Of a stretch of DNA of 64,000 bases, positions 20,545 through 30,562 are shown piece after piece. The stretch's first letter is position 1; each line of letters starts with the position of its first letter. The DNA is from Syntrophaceae bacterium (lineage in GTDB: Bacteria > Desulfobacterota > Syntrophia > Syntrophales > Smithellaceae): NCBI GenBank assembly GCA_003142535.1, contig PLMQ01000068.1, forward strand, positions 95,000-158,999, in the 5' to 3' direction. Made by a program: the position numbers and the translations under genes. The notes beneath the pieces were generated by a model. That model did not search any database and had not been told where the DNA came from. It saw nothing but the letters and a program-made list of their open reading frames with translations.

Positions 20545-20920
20545 TTGGAGAAGAGTAGATGATCGCCGGCGGAATTTGTCCGCTGGAGGAAAGTCCGGGC
20601 TCCACAGGGCAGGATGGTCGCTAACGGCGACCGGGGGTGATCCCAGGGAAAGTGCCACAGAAAAAATACCGCCCGGCTATTTGCCGGGTAAGGGTGAAAA
20701 GGCGAGGTAAGAGCTCACCGTTTTCCGGGTGACCGGAAAAGCATGGTAAACCCCATCCGGAGCAAGACCAAATAGGAGAATGTTTGAGGGCTGCCCGCCT
20801 GATGTTCTCGGGTAGAGTCGCTAGAGGCAACAGGCAACTGCTGTCCCAGATGAATGATCATCACCGCGCCGCGGGTAACCAAGACGCGGGACAGAACCCG
20901 GCTTACGCTCTTCTCCGTGC
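20545..20920 (+). ncRNA. rnpB: RNase P RNA, bacterial type A
   Basis: The universally conserved GAGGAAAGTCCGGGCTCCACAGGGCAGG and ACAGAACCCGGCTTA are present. P1 pairing joins GGAGAAGAG (5') to CTCTTCTCC (3'). The ORFs called here are spurious. Confidence 0.9.
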
Positions 20921-20933
20921 CTTAAATAAAAAA

Positions 20934-20966
20934 TTCCCCGCCGGAATAACCAGCAGGGGATTTTTT
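20934..20966 (+). terminator. Intrinsic terminator after rnpB
   Basis: Stem TTCCCCGC...GCAGGGGA followed by TTTTTT. Confidence 0.65.
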
Positions 20967-20985
20967 AATTTAATTGGATTTATTC

Positions 20986-21209
20986 GTGAAACTCCAATTC
21001 CGAAAGCGCACGCATAACCTAAAGGTTACAGGTCGGAATTGGTAAGTTGAACAATCCCGCAAAGCAGAAGGTAATGAGACTCAAACTTCAAAAGCGAAGC
21101 GAAAAGAAGTTTGTTAGTCGAATTATCTCGCATAAGTAGGGATATAATCTCTCGCAGCTTGATGCGGAATCGGTTTCCAAAGCTTGCTTTGGAATTGGCA
21201 TCCGTGATT
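20986..21209 (+). repeat. Modular multi-hairpin repeat (family A), rearranged module order
   Basis: hp1 is TCCAATTCCGA...TCGGAATTGG. It is followed by GTTGAACAATCCCGC, then GTAATGAGAC-hp2 (TCAAACTTCA...GAAGTTTG), GTCGAATTATC, and ends ...TTTCCAAAGCttgCTTTGGAATTGGCATCC-GTGATT. It abuts the ppsA stop. Confidence 0.8.
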
Positions 21210-21211
21210 TT

Positions 21212-23626
21212 TTATTTCTTTATACCTAAATCCTTTTCCGTTTTTAATATATCAATGGTTGTTTTGATTACGGTATCCGAATTCAGAGAAATGCTGCTGA
21301 TACCGCACTGGACCAGAAATCTGGCAAATTCAGGATAATCACTGGGTGCCTGGCCGCAAATGCCTATTTTCTTGCCCATTTTGTTAGATTCAGTGATGGC
21401 CTGACGGATAAGTTCTTCCACCGCGGCGTTTCTTTCATCGAAAATATGAGAAATCTGGGCGGAATCTCGGTCCAACCCGAGAGTAAGCTGAGTCAGGTCA
21501 TTGGAACCGATGGAGAAGCCATCGAATATTTTACCAAACTCCTTGATGAGAACGACATTGCTGGGAATTTCCACCATCATGTAAATTTCCAGAGAGTTTT
21601 TACCCTGCACCAGCCCTTTTTTCGCCATCAGTTCAATAACATTCTTACCTTCGGCAACAGTGCGGCAAAAAGGAATCATGAGCTTCACGTTGGTCAGCCC
21701 CATTTCATCACGGACTTTCAACATTGCCTCACATTCAAGTGAAAAAGCCTCGCGGTAGCGAGGATCATAATAACGCGATGCTCCGCGGAAACCGATCATC
21801 GGGTTTTCTTCATCCAACTCAAAGAAGGAGCCGCCCATCAAACCTGCATATTCGTTGCTCTTGAAATCGCTCATGCGTACGATAGCATCATTGGGATAAA
21901 AAGCGGCGGCGATTTTTGCTACGCCCTGCGCCAGCTTGTCCACAAAGAAATCACCTTTATTTGCATATCCCTGAGTGAGCTTGTCAATATCTTTACGGAC
22001 TTTTTCATCGGTAACTTTCTCCGGGTGAATTAACGCCATCGGGTGAATAGCAATGAAATGAGTAATGATAAACTCCAGGCGTGCCAGCCCTATGCCGTCA
22101 TTGGGTATTGCTGCCAGTTTGAAAGCATTATCGGGATTGCCCACGTTCATCATGATTTTGGTTCTGGGGCGATTCATTTCCTGGGCATTTATCCGGTGAA
22201 TATCATATTTTAAAATACCGCTGTAAACATTGCCTACTTCGCCTTCCGCACAGGAAACCGTGGCTTCAGAAATATTTTGCAGAATCGTGGTCCCATTACC
22301 CGTACCGACAATGCAGGGTACACCCAATTCGCGGCTGACAATGGCGGCATGGCAGGTACGCCCACCCTTGTTGGTAACGATAGCCGAAGCAATTTTCATA
22401 ATCGGTTCCCAGTCGGGATCGGTCATATCAGAAACAAGTACCTCACCTTTGCGGAATCTTCTAATTTCATTTACGGATTCTATGACATGTACAGGCCCGG
22501 CGCCGATTTTGGAACCAACGCTCGTGCCTTTGACAATAGGTTCTTTTTTATCCAGAAGTACGTAGTCTTCCAGAACGTTTATATCTTTTTGTGATTGCAC
22601 TGTTTCCGGTCGTGCTTGCAGGATGAAGAGGCCATTGGTTTTGCCGTCCTTGCCCCATTCAATATCCATCGGCTTGAAGTAGCCGGCTTTTTGTGAATAA
22701 TGATCTTCAATAATCATAGTCCACTTGGCCAGTGTAAGTATTTCATCATCATTCAAACAAAAACGATTGCGGTCTTCCAGCGGCACAGGATTGACCACTG
22801 TTGATTCGCTGTCTGTCTCGGAAGCATAAATCATTTTAATTTCTTTAGTCCCTAGTTTTTTCTGAATGATCGGCCGGTAGCCTGTTTTTAAAGTCGGCTT
22901 GAAGACATAAAATTCATCAGGGTTGACGGTTCCCTGAACGACTGTTTCGCCCAGACCGTAAGCGCCGGTAATCAGAATCGCATCTTTAAACCCCGTTTCG
23001 GTATCTATGGAGAAAATAACACCGGAAGATGCCAGGTCGGAACGCACCATTTTCTGCACGCCGATGGAAAGGGCAACAGACATGTGATCGAATCCTTTGT
23101 CAACACGGTAAGAAATAGCCCGGTCGGTATACAGCGAGGCAAAACATTTTTTACAGGCATCAATCAAAACATCTTCACCGCGGATATTCAGGAATGTTTC
23201 CTGTTGGCCGGCAAAGCTGGCATTCGGGAGATCTTCAGCCGTGGCAGAACTGCGGACGGCGACATCGGTATTCGGGCCGTATTCGTCGCAAAGCTTTTTA
23301 TAGGCTTTGATAATTTCCTTACGCAGGTCATCGGGGAATTTGGCATTGTAAATAAGGGAACGAATTTTCTGGCCGCGTTCGGATAAATTTCTTATATCGT
23401 GCGTATTCACGTCGGAAAGTAACTTTTTGATTTCTTCCTCGATGCCGGCATGTGATAAAAGGTGGCGGTAGGCGTAAGCCGTGATTGCAAAGCCATCTGG
23501 TATATTGACACCTTTGGAAATCAGTTCTTTTCTCATTTCGCCTAAAGAAGCATTCTTGCCGCCGACCTGGGCGAGATCGGCAAGCTCGATGGAATCAAAC
23601 CATAATATCAGTTTATTGTCTTTCAT
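21212..23626 (-). CDS. ppsA: Phosphoenolpyruvate synthase
   Basis: 804 aa. It shows an ATP-grasp N-terminus, a phosphohistidine swivel domain (GGRTCHAAIVSRELGVPCIVG) and a PEP-utilizer C-terminal domain (SIGSNDLTQ). Confidence 0.95.
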   Translation of the reverse strand: MKDNKLILWFDSIELADLAQVGGKNASLGEMRKELISKGVNIPDGFAITAYAYRHLLSHAGIEEEIKKLLSDVNTHDIRNLSERGQKIRSLIYNAKFPDDLRKEIIKAYKKLCDEYGPNTDVAVRSSATAEDLPNASFAGQQETFLNIRGEDVLIDACKKCFASLYTDRAISYRVDKGFDHMSVALSIGVQKMVRSDLASSGVIFSIDTETGFKDAILITGAYGLGETVVQGTVNPDEFYVFKPTLKTGYRPIIQKKLGTKEIKMIYASETDSESTVVNPVPLEDRNRFCLNDDEILTLAKWTMIIEDHYSQKAGYFKPMDIEWGKDGKTNGLFILQARPETVQSQKDINVLEDYVLLDKKEPIVKGTSVGSKIGAGPVHVIESVNEIRRFRKGEVLVSDMTDPDWEPIMKIASAIVTNKGGRTCHAAIVSRELGVPCIVGTGNGTTILQNISEATVSCAEGEVGNVYSGILKYDIHRINAQEMNRPRTKIMMNVGNPDNAFKLAAIPNDGIGLARLEFIITHFIAIHPMALIHPEKVTDEKVRKDIDKLTQGYANKGDFFVDKLAQGVAKIAAAFYPNDAIVRMSDFKSNEYAGLMGGSFFELDEENPMIGFRGASRYYDPRYREAFSLECEAMLKVRDEMGLTNVKLMIPFCRTVAEGKNVIELMAKKGLVQGKNSLEIYMMVEIPSNVVLIKEFGKIFDGFSIGSNDLTQLTLGLDRDSAQISHIFDERNAAVEELIRQAITESNKMGKKIGICGQAPSDYPEFARFLVQCGISSISLNSDTVIKTTIDILKTEKDLGIKK

Positions 23627-23873
23627 TAAATCCTCCTGAGAAATATTTATCCCGCCTTGGCGGGATGTCGCATCATATATATAATGATTTCATCGGCTCC
23701 TGCTGAAGTGGCTCCACAAAATATTGGTCATTTAAGGTTGCGCGTATCTACCAGTTTTGATTTCTGAAGTCAATTAAAATATCCTATAAGGATAATCAAT
23801 GATATCAAGAAGATAAATATATATTGCGAGCGGCAAATAAACGTTTATTTTTATATGGAAAAGTAAATTTGGA

Positions 23874-23905
23874 ATAAAAAAAGGCCGAATTAAATTCGGC
23901 CTTTT
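23874..23905 (-). terminator. Intrinsic terminator after the Cache-protein gene
   Basis: A perfect 11-bp palindrome, AAGGCCGAATT a AATTCGGCCTT, is followed on the minus strand by a U-run. It starts 3 nt after the stop codon. Confidence 0.8.
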
Positions 23906-23907
23906 AG

Positions 23908-25230
23908 TTATTTATCATCATCTTCGTCGTCATCATCGAACGCGAGAGGTGATTGCGAGCCCTCCGGCACTTCCGATTGTATCGACCGGTTAATGCCGCG
24001 TACTAGCAGCCACATAATGAGGAAGAGTATAATCATGGAAGCAATCAGTATGAAGATAATTGTTGCCGTCCATGATTTAGCTTCCTTGTCAATACTTTTT
24101 GAGGCTTTAATGGCCGCCTCATTATATTTTTCTACGTCTATGCCCATTCCGACCCAGCCGAATCCGGCAGGAGCGGGGTAACTGGCAGCATAAAACTTGA
24201 TCGGAGCGTAAGCCACAAATATCGTATGGCCGCCGAACTTATAAGATTTAGTTCCGGCATTTCCCGCTGCAGCATCCTTTGCTATCAGGGGAAGATTGGT
24301 ATCGGTATAACCCATCATGTTGAAGTTAAGAACTTCTTCGCCGTTTTTCATCAGAGCTGAGGCAGTTTTTTCCGTTAGCGATTGCACAGGAATGCCTTCT
24401 TTAGTTAATCCCCCAATGTGAAAATCATTGGGATGAACTATGACAAAACCGCGGCTATCAATCATGTATGCATAATTGCCGGTGGAAGCATCGGCTTTTA
24501 GCACCTGGTCAGCCTGCGTAGGAATTACCTGATTGGTGTATTTAGCCAGATGCCGATAATCCAACGTCAGGACAATGATGCCGGCAAAACCCTCTTTGCC
24601 GAATACCGGGGTGGCGAAACGTACAACACCGGAAAAACTCTTTCCCTTTTCGAATTCCTGCTTGGTCACATACCACCCGGTAACCGGAGAAACGTAAACA
24701 TCGCCTTTATTAAGATCTTTAGTTTTAGCAAAATAAGTTTCCATCTTGTAAGCGGTGCTGGCGGAATTGCTGACATTTTTTAACTTATCTGCGGTCATCG
24801 TATGCCCATTGACAATTTTAATTGTTTCCCGGCCGGTTTTGTCGATAAGGGACATTTCCGTATAAACTGGGGCAGATGTCAGCCGGATTTTTTTACCATC
24901 CTTTATCCAGATGGTTTTATTGCTTTCTTTTAGAAATTGTTTATAAACGATGTCATTAGCAGGAAGAATGGTTGCGGTAAGAACATCCTTCTTTCTTTCA
25001 TTGAGAAAGTTGGCAACTTCTTCGGCTGTGTTAATGGCACGTATCTTAATTTCTTCCTGGGACTTTTGATCGAGCACATTCACAGCTCGCTCTTTTATGG
25101 TAACCCCCAGCTTAAACATGCCGTTGGCAATTAAAAACGCCATGAGTGATAAGGGGATTACGATAAGCAGGAAGAAGACACCTCCTACAGTAAAAAACTG
25201 CTTATCTTTTTTAGTTTCAGACATTACCAT
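23908..25230 (-). CDS. Membrane protein with periplasmic double-Cache-like domain and no output domain (acidic tail)
   Basis: 440 aa. One TM segment lies near the N-terminus and another near residue 390. The ~350-aa extracytoplasmic region is Cache-like (SPVTGWYV..., YAYMIDSRGFVIVHPN). The cytoplasmic tail is only ~35 aa and ends DDDDEDDDK. Confidence 0.65.
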   Translation of the reverse strand: MVMSETKKDKQFFTVGGVFFLLIVIPLSLMAFLIANGMFKLGVTIKERAVNVLDQKSQEEIKIRAINTAEEVANFLNERKKDVLTATILPANDIVYKQFLKESNKTIWIKDGKKIRLTSAPVYTEMSLIDKTGRETIKIVNGHTMTADKLKNVSNSASTAYKMETYFAKTKDLNKGDVYVSPVTGWYVTKQEFEKGKSFSGVVRFATPVFGKEGFAGIIVLTLDYRHLAKYTNQVIPTQADQVLKADASTGNYAYMIDSRGFVIVHPNDFHIGGLTKEGIPVQSLTEKTASALMKNGEEVLNFNMMGYTDTNLPLIAKDAAAGNAGTKSYKFGGHTIFVAYAPIKFYAASYPAPAGFGWVGMGIDVEKYNEAAIKASKSIDKEAKSWTATIIFILIASMIILFLIMWLLVRGINRSIQSEVPEGSQSPLAFDDDDEDDDK

Positions 25231-25273
25231 TCCCCCTAACCTTTGTTAATTTTGTAGTTAATTTATTTAATTA

Positions 25274-25648
25274 TTAACCCAAAAAATAACGCATGTAAGG
25301 GTTAGCATAAAGTAATACAAGAGAAACGACCAATGCATAAATAGCGATTGATTCAGCCATAGCCATACCGACCAGCATGGTCATCATGATTTTGCCTTGT
25401 ACACCGGGGTTTCTTCCTACAGCGGAGCATGCGCCGCTGGCGGCTGTTCCAATGCCTAACCCCGCACCAACTGCTCCCACTCCGATAGCAATACCTGCTG
25501 CCAGCATTGCGCCGACGGCAAAAATCGCCTTGGAATAAGACTCACCTGCCGGAATTGTTTCCGCAGCAAAAACGATGGGGCTCGCTAAGAGCATAACTAC
25601 TATTGCAGTAAATGCTGTTAAAATTCTTTTACCAAATTTGCGTGACAT
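25274..25648 (-). CDS. atpE: F-type ATP synthase subunit c-like protein with N-terminal signal-peptide-like extension
   Basis: 124 aa. The C-terminal ~75 aa form a typical c-subunit hairpin (GLGIGTAASGACSAVGRNPGVQGKIMMTMLVGMAMAESIAIYALVVSLVLLYANP) with the carboxylate Glu. The first ~30 aa look like a signal peptide (ASPIVFAAE). No other atp gene is adjacent. Confidence 0.8.
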   Translation of the reverse strand: MSRKFGKRILTAFTAIVVMLLASPIVFAAETIPAGESYSKAIFAVGAMLAAGIAIGVGAVGAGLGIGTAASGACSAVGRNPGVQGKIMMTMLVGMAMAESIAIYALVVSLVLLYANPYMRYFLG

Positions 25649-25759
25649 TTTTTTCTCCTTTCCTCTCTATAATTATAATAATTTAACGCCTCTCCACTAA
25701 CATAAATCAAATATCATGAAAAGAGGAATTATCTCCAAATTAAAACAGACTAAAAGTTG

Positions 25760-25775
25760 TGCAGGATATGTGCCA
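25760..25775 (-). promoter_or_regulatory. Sigma-54 (-24/-12) promoter for the atpE-like/Cache operon
   Basis: The minus strand reads TGGCACatatcCTGCA. This matches TGGCAC-N5-TTGCW with correct GG...GC spacing. It lies ~112 nt upstream of the ATG at 25648, and a sigma-54 activator gene is divergently adjacent. Confidence 0.6.
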
Positions 25776-26003
25776 GTGCCGAAGATGAAAAGCTTTCTTC
25801 CTAAAGTGTTAAAATATTTGCTTATTATTTTTTTGTGAAAATCAAATGAATTTCTTTTTGGTGATGAAATTTAAAGTTTTGTTAAATTATTTGAAATGGA
25901 ACATTAAAAAATACAGAATTTTAAGACATCCGATTATTACATAATTGCAGCGTGTTGGAATGGTCCGTAATTAATAATAATCTCAATTTTATATATATTT
26001 TGA

Positions 26004-26264
26004 TTGAAATTTTACTGTTTGACCGTTAGGATTGCCAATAGTAATATTTTAAAAAATGCAAAGGAATCATTAAGGCATAAATATATGCAGGAACTTTTGA
26101 CTGCTATTACTTACCCTGTAGTCTGGCTTATTTGTTCTCACGTTTTGAAAATTGAAAGCGGTTTGGCGAAACTGCTTATTTCGTTGACAGCAGCAATTTT
26201 AGTTTATGTCCTGATCGGAATAAAACGATCTGCGGATGAAAATAATAAGAAGGAAGAGAAATAA
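26004..26264 (+). CDS. Possible small membrane protein (weak call)
   Basis: 86-aa ORF in an AT-rich region. Two hydrophobic segments are visible in the MQELLTAITYPVVWLICS...LISLTAAILVYVLIG part. There is no clear RBS. Confidence 0.25.
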   Translation: MKFYCLTVRIANSNILKNAKESLRHKYMQELLTAITYPVVWLICSHVLKIESGLAKLLISLTAAILVYVLIGIKRSADENNKKEEK

Positions 26265-26359
26265 TATTATCATTCCCAATTCACCATCAAAGAAAGACCG
26301 ATGAAGAAGACAATCATGGTCATCGGTTTAGGAAGAGGTAAGGCACTTCTATAGCTATT

Positions 26360-28933
26360 ATGAAAATACGCATTTGGTTGGCCAGCGCGACTGTAATTAT
26401 CTTAATTCTGCTGCTTGCCTTGACAGTTAATCATGCCCGGGAAAAGGATATGGTAGAGCTCTTCAGCCGACAGCAGCTTGCCCATGTCCAAAATACTGCA
26501 ACAAGAATGGCCGATATTTTCTTGCAGGTCGGGAAAAATGTTGCTTTATTTTCTCATTTTGATCCTCAGCTAAAAATACCTTCCGCAGAAATTGACAGTA
26601 ATTACAAAATATTTTCTTCCGGCTGGGAAAACACTCTTAATACAGTTGTCCTGTTTGATGCCGCAGGCAGGATAAAGCGCATTTATCCGCAGGATACCTT
26701 CCCCGCAATAAATTTGTCCGATCACTTTAAGGCTCTCCAGAAAAAACAACAACAGTATTTAGGTCTGGCTTTAACGGAACGATCACGGGCAGTCAACTTA
26801 AAACAAAAAACGGACTGGTATCTGGTGGTCGGCTGCCCTCTCCGGCGCCAAGACGGCAAATTTGCTGGAGCATGGATGGTTTCCTTCTCTCTGGCGGCAG
26901 TTGTGGATAAATATGAAAAGCAAACCAGAGATAATGAATTGGGAGATCTCTGGCTGATCGATGAAAAGCAACAGATAATTATTCATCCCGATTCAGCATT
27001 TATCGGGAAGAACATTAAAGACCTGTTGCGCAACGATAAGGAAGCGCAAATTGATTTTTCATCAGACAAAAGTGCTTACTTTGAAGCAGTAGTGCGCCAG
27101 AGTGATAAAAAGCAGCAGCGCAGTGTAGTTGCTTTTTCTCCGCTGCAGGCGGGAGATAAAAAATGGATTCTTTTTGTTGTTGCTCCGTACAGCCAGGTAA
27201 TTTCCCCTGTTCGTAAAACTTTTGTTTATACTCTTTTCAGCTCATTATTACTGATTTTGGTAGTTGTTATTGTCGGTATATCTTTTGCTTTTAAAGAAGG
27301 CAAAAACCTGCGCGTCAAGGAAGAGCAGAAAAGATTGAAAGAGCGGGAGGACTGGCAGGAAAAACTGCTGCGGGAAAAGAAAACCATCGACGGCATTATT
27401 GAAGGTTCGCCAATACCTTCGTTCGTTATCAATAGGGAGCATAAAGTTATCTTGTGGAATCGTGCTTGCGAGGAGCTGACCGGCTATCCCGCAAGCGAGA
27501 TGGTTAACACAGACAAGCATCATATACCTTTTTATTCGGTCAAGAGGCCGGTCATCGCCGATTTGATAGTTGATCGGGATTTAGAAGGGTTGAGTAAATA
27601 TTATGGCGCGAAGAAAGTAAAAAAATCAGAAAAAGTGCTCGGAGCTTATGAAGCCACCGATTATTTTGAGAACCTTGGCGGCTGCAGCCGGTATCTGTAT
27701 TTTTTAGCATCCCCTATATATGATGAAAGAGGGGAAATAATTGCGGCAATTGAAACGCTGCAGGATGTTTCGCGCGAGGAGGAGCTGGCCAGGAGCTTGC
27801 GCGAATACGCGGAAACACTGCAAAATGAATTGGCCCAGAATATTGAATTGCGGCGTGAAATTGAGGAGCTCTATAGCTATCTCCAAACCATAGTCAAGAG
27901 TCTACCGGATAAAATATATGAGCTGGATGGAAATGGCATTGTCAATTATATGAGCCGAGGCTTGAAGAAAGAAGGGGGTCGTTCTTCTCGTGAATTCAAA
28001 GGCAAATACTTTTTGGATTTTGTTGCTCCCGAAGACAAGGATTTTGTCTGGGCCAGATGGCAGGAAGCAAAAAAAGGTATTTATAAACCCTACGAAATAG
28101 AAGCCATAGCAAAGGACGGCAAAAGAGTAAATCTTCTGATTACAACATCCCCGGTAATCGGCACCGACCGCTATCTTGTGGTGCAGCGTGATATAACAGA
28201 ATTTAAAAATCTGGAAAAAAAGCTTTATGAAAGCCAGAAACTTGCTGCCTTGGGGCAGTTTTCGGCGGGTATTGCCCATGAGGTGCGCAATCCACTTTCT
28301 TCGATCAAGATGAGTTTACAGATACTGGGAAAGCGCATGAATCCTGCCGGTAATGATTTAAAGAGATTTAAAATTGCCGAGAAGGAAGTGGAACATCTCG
28401 AAGAGTTGGTCAATAATGTTTTAATATTCGCCAAACCGGTAGATCCGCAAAAGGTGCCGGTCGATTTGGCCAAGGTGCTGGAGCAGGCATTGGCTATGGC
28501 GGAAAAGGGAATTGCCGATAAACATATAGATGTGCAGACAAAGTACGAAGAGATTCCCATGATTGCAGCCGATCCGGCGATGCTCGTTGATACTTTTTTG
28601 AATATTATCCGTAATGCAGCAGAAGCGGTAGAAGATGGGGGCATTATTTTAATTTCTTTGCAATGCCCTGAGAGAAGTAATGAGGCTGTGGTTATCCGGA
28701 TTGAAGACAACGGTTGCGGCATTGACTCCGAAGACATGCCCCATTTATTTAATCCTTTCTTTACACGGAAAAAATATGGTACAGGATTGGGGCTTTCTCA
28801 GGTTAAGAAAATAATTGATCTCCATCAGGGGACTATTGACATTACGAGCGAGAAAGATAAGGGGACAACAGTTCTTGTCACGCTGCCGGTGGAGTCGGAA
28901 AAAGCGCGGCTGGCCGTGCCCTTGAACAAATAA
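26360..28933 (+). CDS. Sensor histidine kinase (periplasmic Cache-like domain, PAS domains, HisKA, HATPase_c)
   Basis: 857 aa. Two TM segments flank a ~270-aa periplasmic domain. The H-box reads FSAGIAHEVRNPL, the N-box NIIRNAAEA, and the G-boxes DNGCGI and GTGLGL. Confidence 0.9.
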   Translation: MKIRIWLASATVIILILLLALTVNHAREKDMVELFSRQQLAHVQNTATRMADIFLQVGKNVALFSHFDPQLKIPSAEIDSNYKIFSSGWENTLNTVVLFDAAGRIKRIYPQDTFPAINLSDHFKALQKKQQQYLGLALTERSRAVNLKQKTDWYLVVGCPLRRQDGKFAGAWMVSFSLAAVVDKYEKQTRDNELGDLWLIDEKQQIIIHPDSAFIGKNIKDLLRNDKEAQIDFSSDKSAYFEAVVRQSDKKQQRSVVAFSPLQAGDKKWILFVVAPYSQVISPVRKTFVYTLFSSLLLILVVVIVGISFAFKEGKNLRVKEEQKRLKEREDWQEKLLREKKTIDGIIEGSPIPSFVINREHKVILWNRACEELTGYPASEMVNTDKHHIPFYSVKRPVIADLIVDRDLEGLSKYYGAKKVKKSEKVLGAYEATDYFENLGGCSRYLYFLASPIYDERGEIIAAIETLQDVSREEELARSLREYAETLQNELAQNIELRREIEELYSYLQTIVKSLPDKIYELDGNGIVNYMSRGLKKEGGRSSREFKGKYFLDFVAPEDKDFVWARWQEAKKGIYKPYEIEAIAKDGKRVNLLITTSPVIGTDRYLVVQRDITEFKNLEKKLYESQKLAALGQFSAGIAHEVRNPLSSIKMSLQILGKRMNPAGNDLKRFKIAEKEVEHLEELVNNVLIFAKPVDPQKVPVDLAKVLEQALAMAEKGIADKHIDVQTKYEEIPMIAADPAMLVDTFLNIIRNAAEAVEDGGIILISLQCPERSNEAVVIRIEDNGCGIDSEDMPHLFNPFFTRKKYGTGLGLSQVKKIIDLHQGTIDITSEKDKGTTVLVTLPVESEKARLAVPLNK

Positions 28934-28944
28934 GGTAAGAGTGT

Positions 28945-30327
28945 ATGCCAAGTATTCTTGTTATTGATGATGACTCTTCTATCCGGGAAACGCTCGATTT
29001 GTATTTAACGGAAGAAGGCTACAAAGTAGAAACAGCCGCCAACGGGACAGAAGGTTTGAATAAGTATGTGCAGCATCCGGCGGATGTTGTGATTCTGGAT
29101 ATTCGCCTGCCGGATGTTGATGGTTTTGCCGTTCTGGAAGATCTCAAAGAGGAAAATGAAAACGTCAAAGTAATTATGATTACCGCTTATCATGACATGG
29201 AAACCACGATCACTGCCATGAAAGGTGGCGCTTTTGATTATATCCATAAGCCGGTCAATGTTGATGAACTGGATATGGCGATTAAAAAGGCACTCAAGTC
29301 TCTGGAGATGGAACAAAAGATCGAAGGCCTTTTGACGGAACCATCACGCAGTTTTCGGGTTGGTGATATTGTCGGCACCGGCAATGAAATGCGCGAAATT
29401 TTTAAAACCATTGGTATTGTTTCGCAAAGCAGAACAACCGTGCTTATTCAGGGTGAAAGTGGCACAGGAAAAGAACTGATTGCCAAGGTTATTCATCATA
29501 ATACATCACCGGACGAACCTTTTATTGCCGTCAACTGTTCGGCAATTGTCGAGACGTTATTGGAATCGGAATTATTCGGCCATGAAAAAGGATCATTTAC
29601 CGGCGCGATTGCCCGTAAACTGGGCAAATTTGAACTGGCGCGCTATGGCACAGTATTTCTCGATGAAATCAGTGAAATGTCCATCAACCTGCAGGCCAAG
29701 CTCCTGCGGGTTTTGCAGGAAATGGAATTCGAAAGGGTAGGCGGCAAAGATAAGGTCAAAGTTAGCGCACGAATTATGACGGCGACTAATAAAGATTTGA
29801 AGACTATGGTCAAAGAAGGAAGATTTCGTGACGATTTATATTACCGTTTGAATATTGTCGCCATCAACATTCCGCCATTACGTTCGCGTAAGCAGGATAT
29901 ACCGCATTTGATGAACTATTTGCTGGCGAAAATCAATCTTGATTTGCACAAGAAAGTCATCGGTGTTTCCGATGAGATGATGAAAATATTCATGAAATAT
30001 AATTGGCCGGGGAATGTGCGTGAGCTGGAAAATTTACTTGTCCGGGCTTGTGTTGTGGCTAAAGGACAGGTTTTAAGCAAAAGTGATTTTCCGGAACTGG
30101 GCGGAGAAGAAGCCCTCAAAACTCAATCCGAAATAATGGAAGATATTGCGAAACCTTCTTTGCCGGGCAAGCTTTTAACTCTGGATCAAGTGGAAGAGCG
30201 CTACATTATAAAAGTAATTCGGGAAACGGATAAAAACAAAGGGGAAGTTTGCGAAATTCTGGGAATTTCCCGCCCTACGTTTGAACGGAAGCTGGAGAAG
30301 TATGGGATTGTCTTTGAGCGGGAATAG
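28945..30327 (+). CDS. Sigma-54-dependent response regulator (NtrC family)
   Basis: 460 aa. It has a receiver domain (DD...D phospho-acceptor context VILDIRLPDVDG), an AAA+ domain with GESGTGKE and the GAFTGA-type loop (GSFTGA), and a C-terminal Fis-type HTH. Confidence 0.95.
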   Translation: MPSILVIDDDSSIRETLDLYLTEEGYKVETAANGTEGLNKYVQHPADVVILDIRLPDVDGFAVLEDLKEENENVKVIMITAYHDMETTITAMKGGAFDYIHKPVNVDELDMAIKKALKSLEMEQKIEGLLTEPSRSFRVGDIVGTGNEMREIFKTIGIVSQSRTTVLIQGESGTGKELIAKVIHHNTSPDEPFIAVNCSAIVETLLESELFGHEKGSFTGAIARKLGKFELARYGTVFLDEISEMSINLQAKLLRVLQEMEFERVGGKDKVKVSARIMTATNKDLKTMVKEGRFRDDLYYRLNIVAINIPPLRSRKQDIPHLMNYLLAKINLDLHKKVIGVSDEMMKIFMKYNWPGNVRELENLLVRACVVAKGQVLSKSDFPELGGEEALKTQSEIMEDIAKPSLPGKLLTLDQVEERYIIKVIRETDKNKGEVCEILGISRPTFERKLEKYGIVFERE

Positions 30328-30449
30328 GGGCTGTTGAAAAATGCCTATCTGCGGCGTTGCGCTCCGTTCGCGTCGCTGCGACCTACGAAAAGTAGGTCTC
30401 ACTCCACGATACTCGCGCGCCTTGCATCTAAGTATTTTTGAACAGCCCC
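30327..30449 (+). repeat. ~123-nt structured repeat (family B1), copy 1
   Basis: Outer stem GGGGCTGTTGAAAAAT / ATTTTTGAACAGCCCC with a central hairpin CCTACgaaaaGTAGG. It is homologous in reverse orientation to 59609-59729. Confidence 0.8.
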
Positions 30450-30562
30450 ATATTATTTAGAGTCGGAAAGAAAAATGTTATTTCAAGACCTGACCCATTT
30501 CTTTTCTGTGGACATTTAATTTTGAAATCTAGATATTATGCGAAATCACGGAAGGAGGGTTT

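Noticed and set aside
20621-21017. ORFs 20621..20830 (-) and 20784..21017 (+).
   Set aside because: They lie inside RNase P RNA and its terminator or repeat, so they are non-coding.
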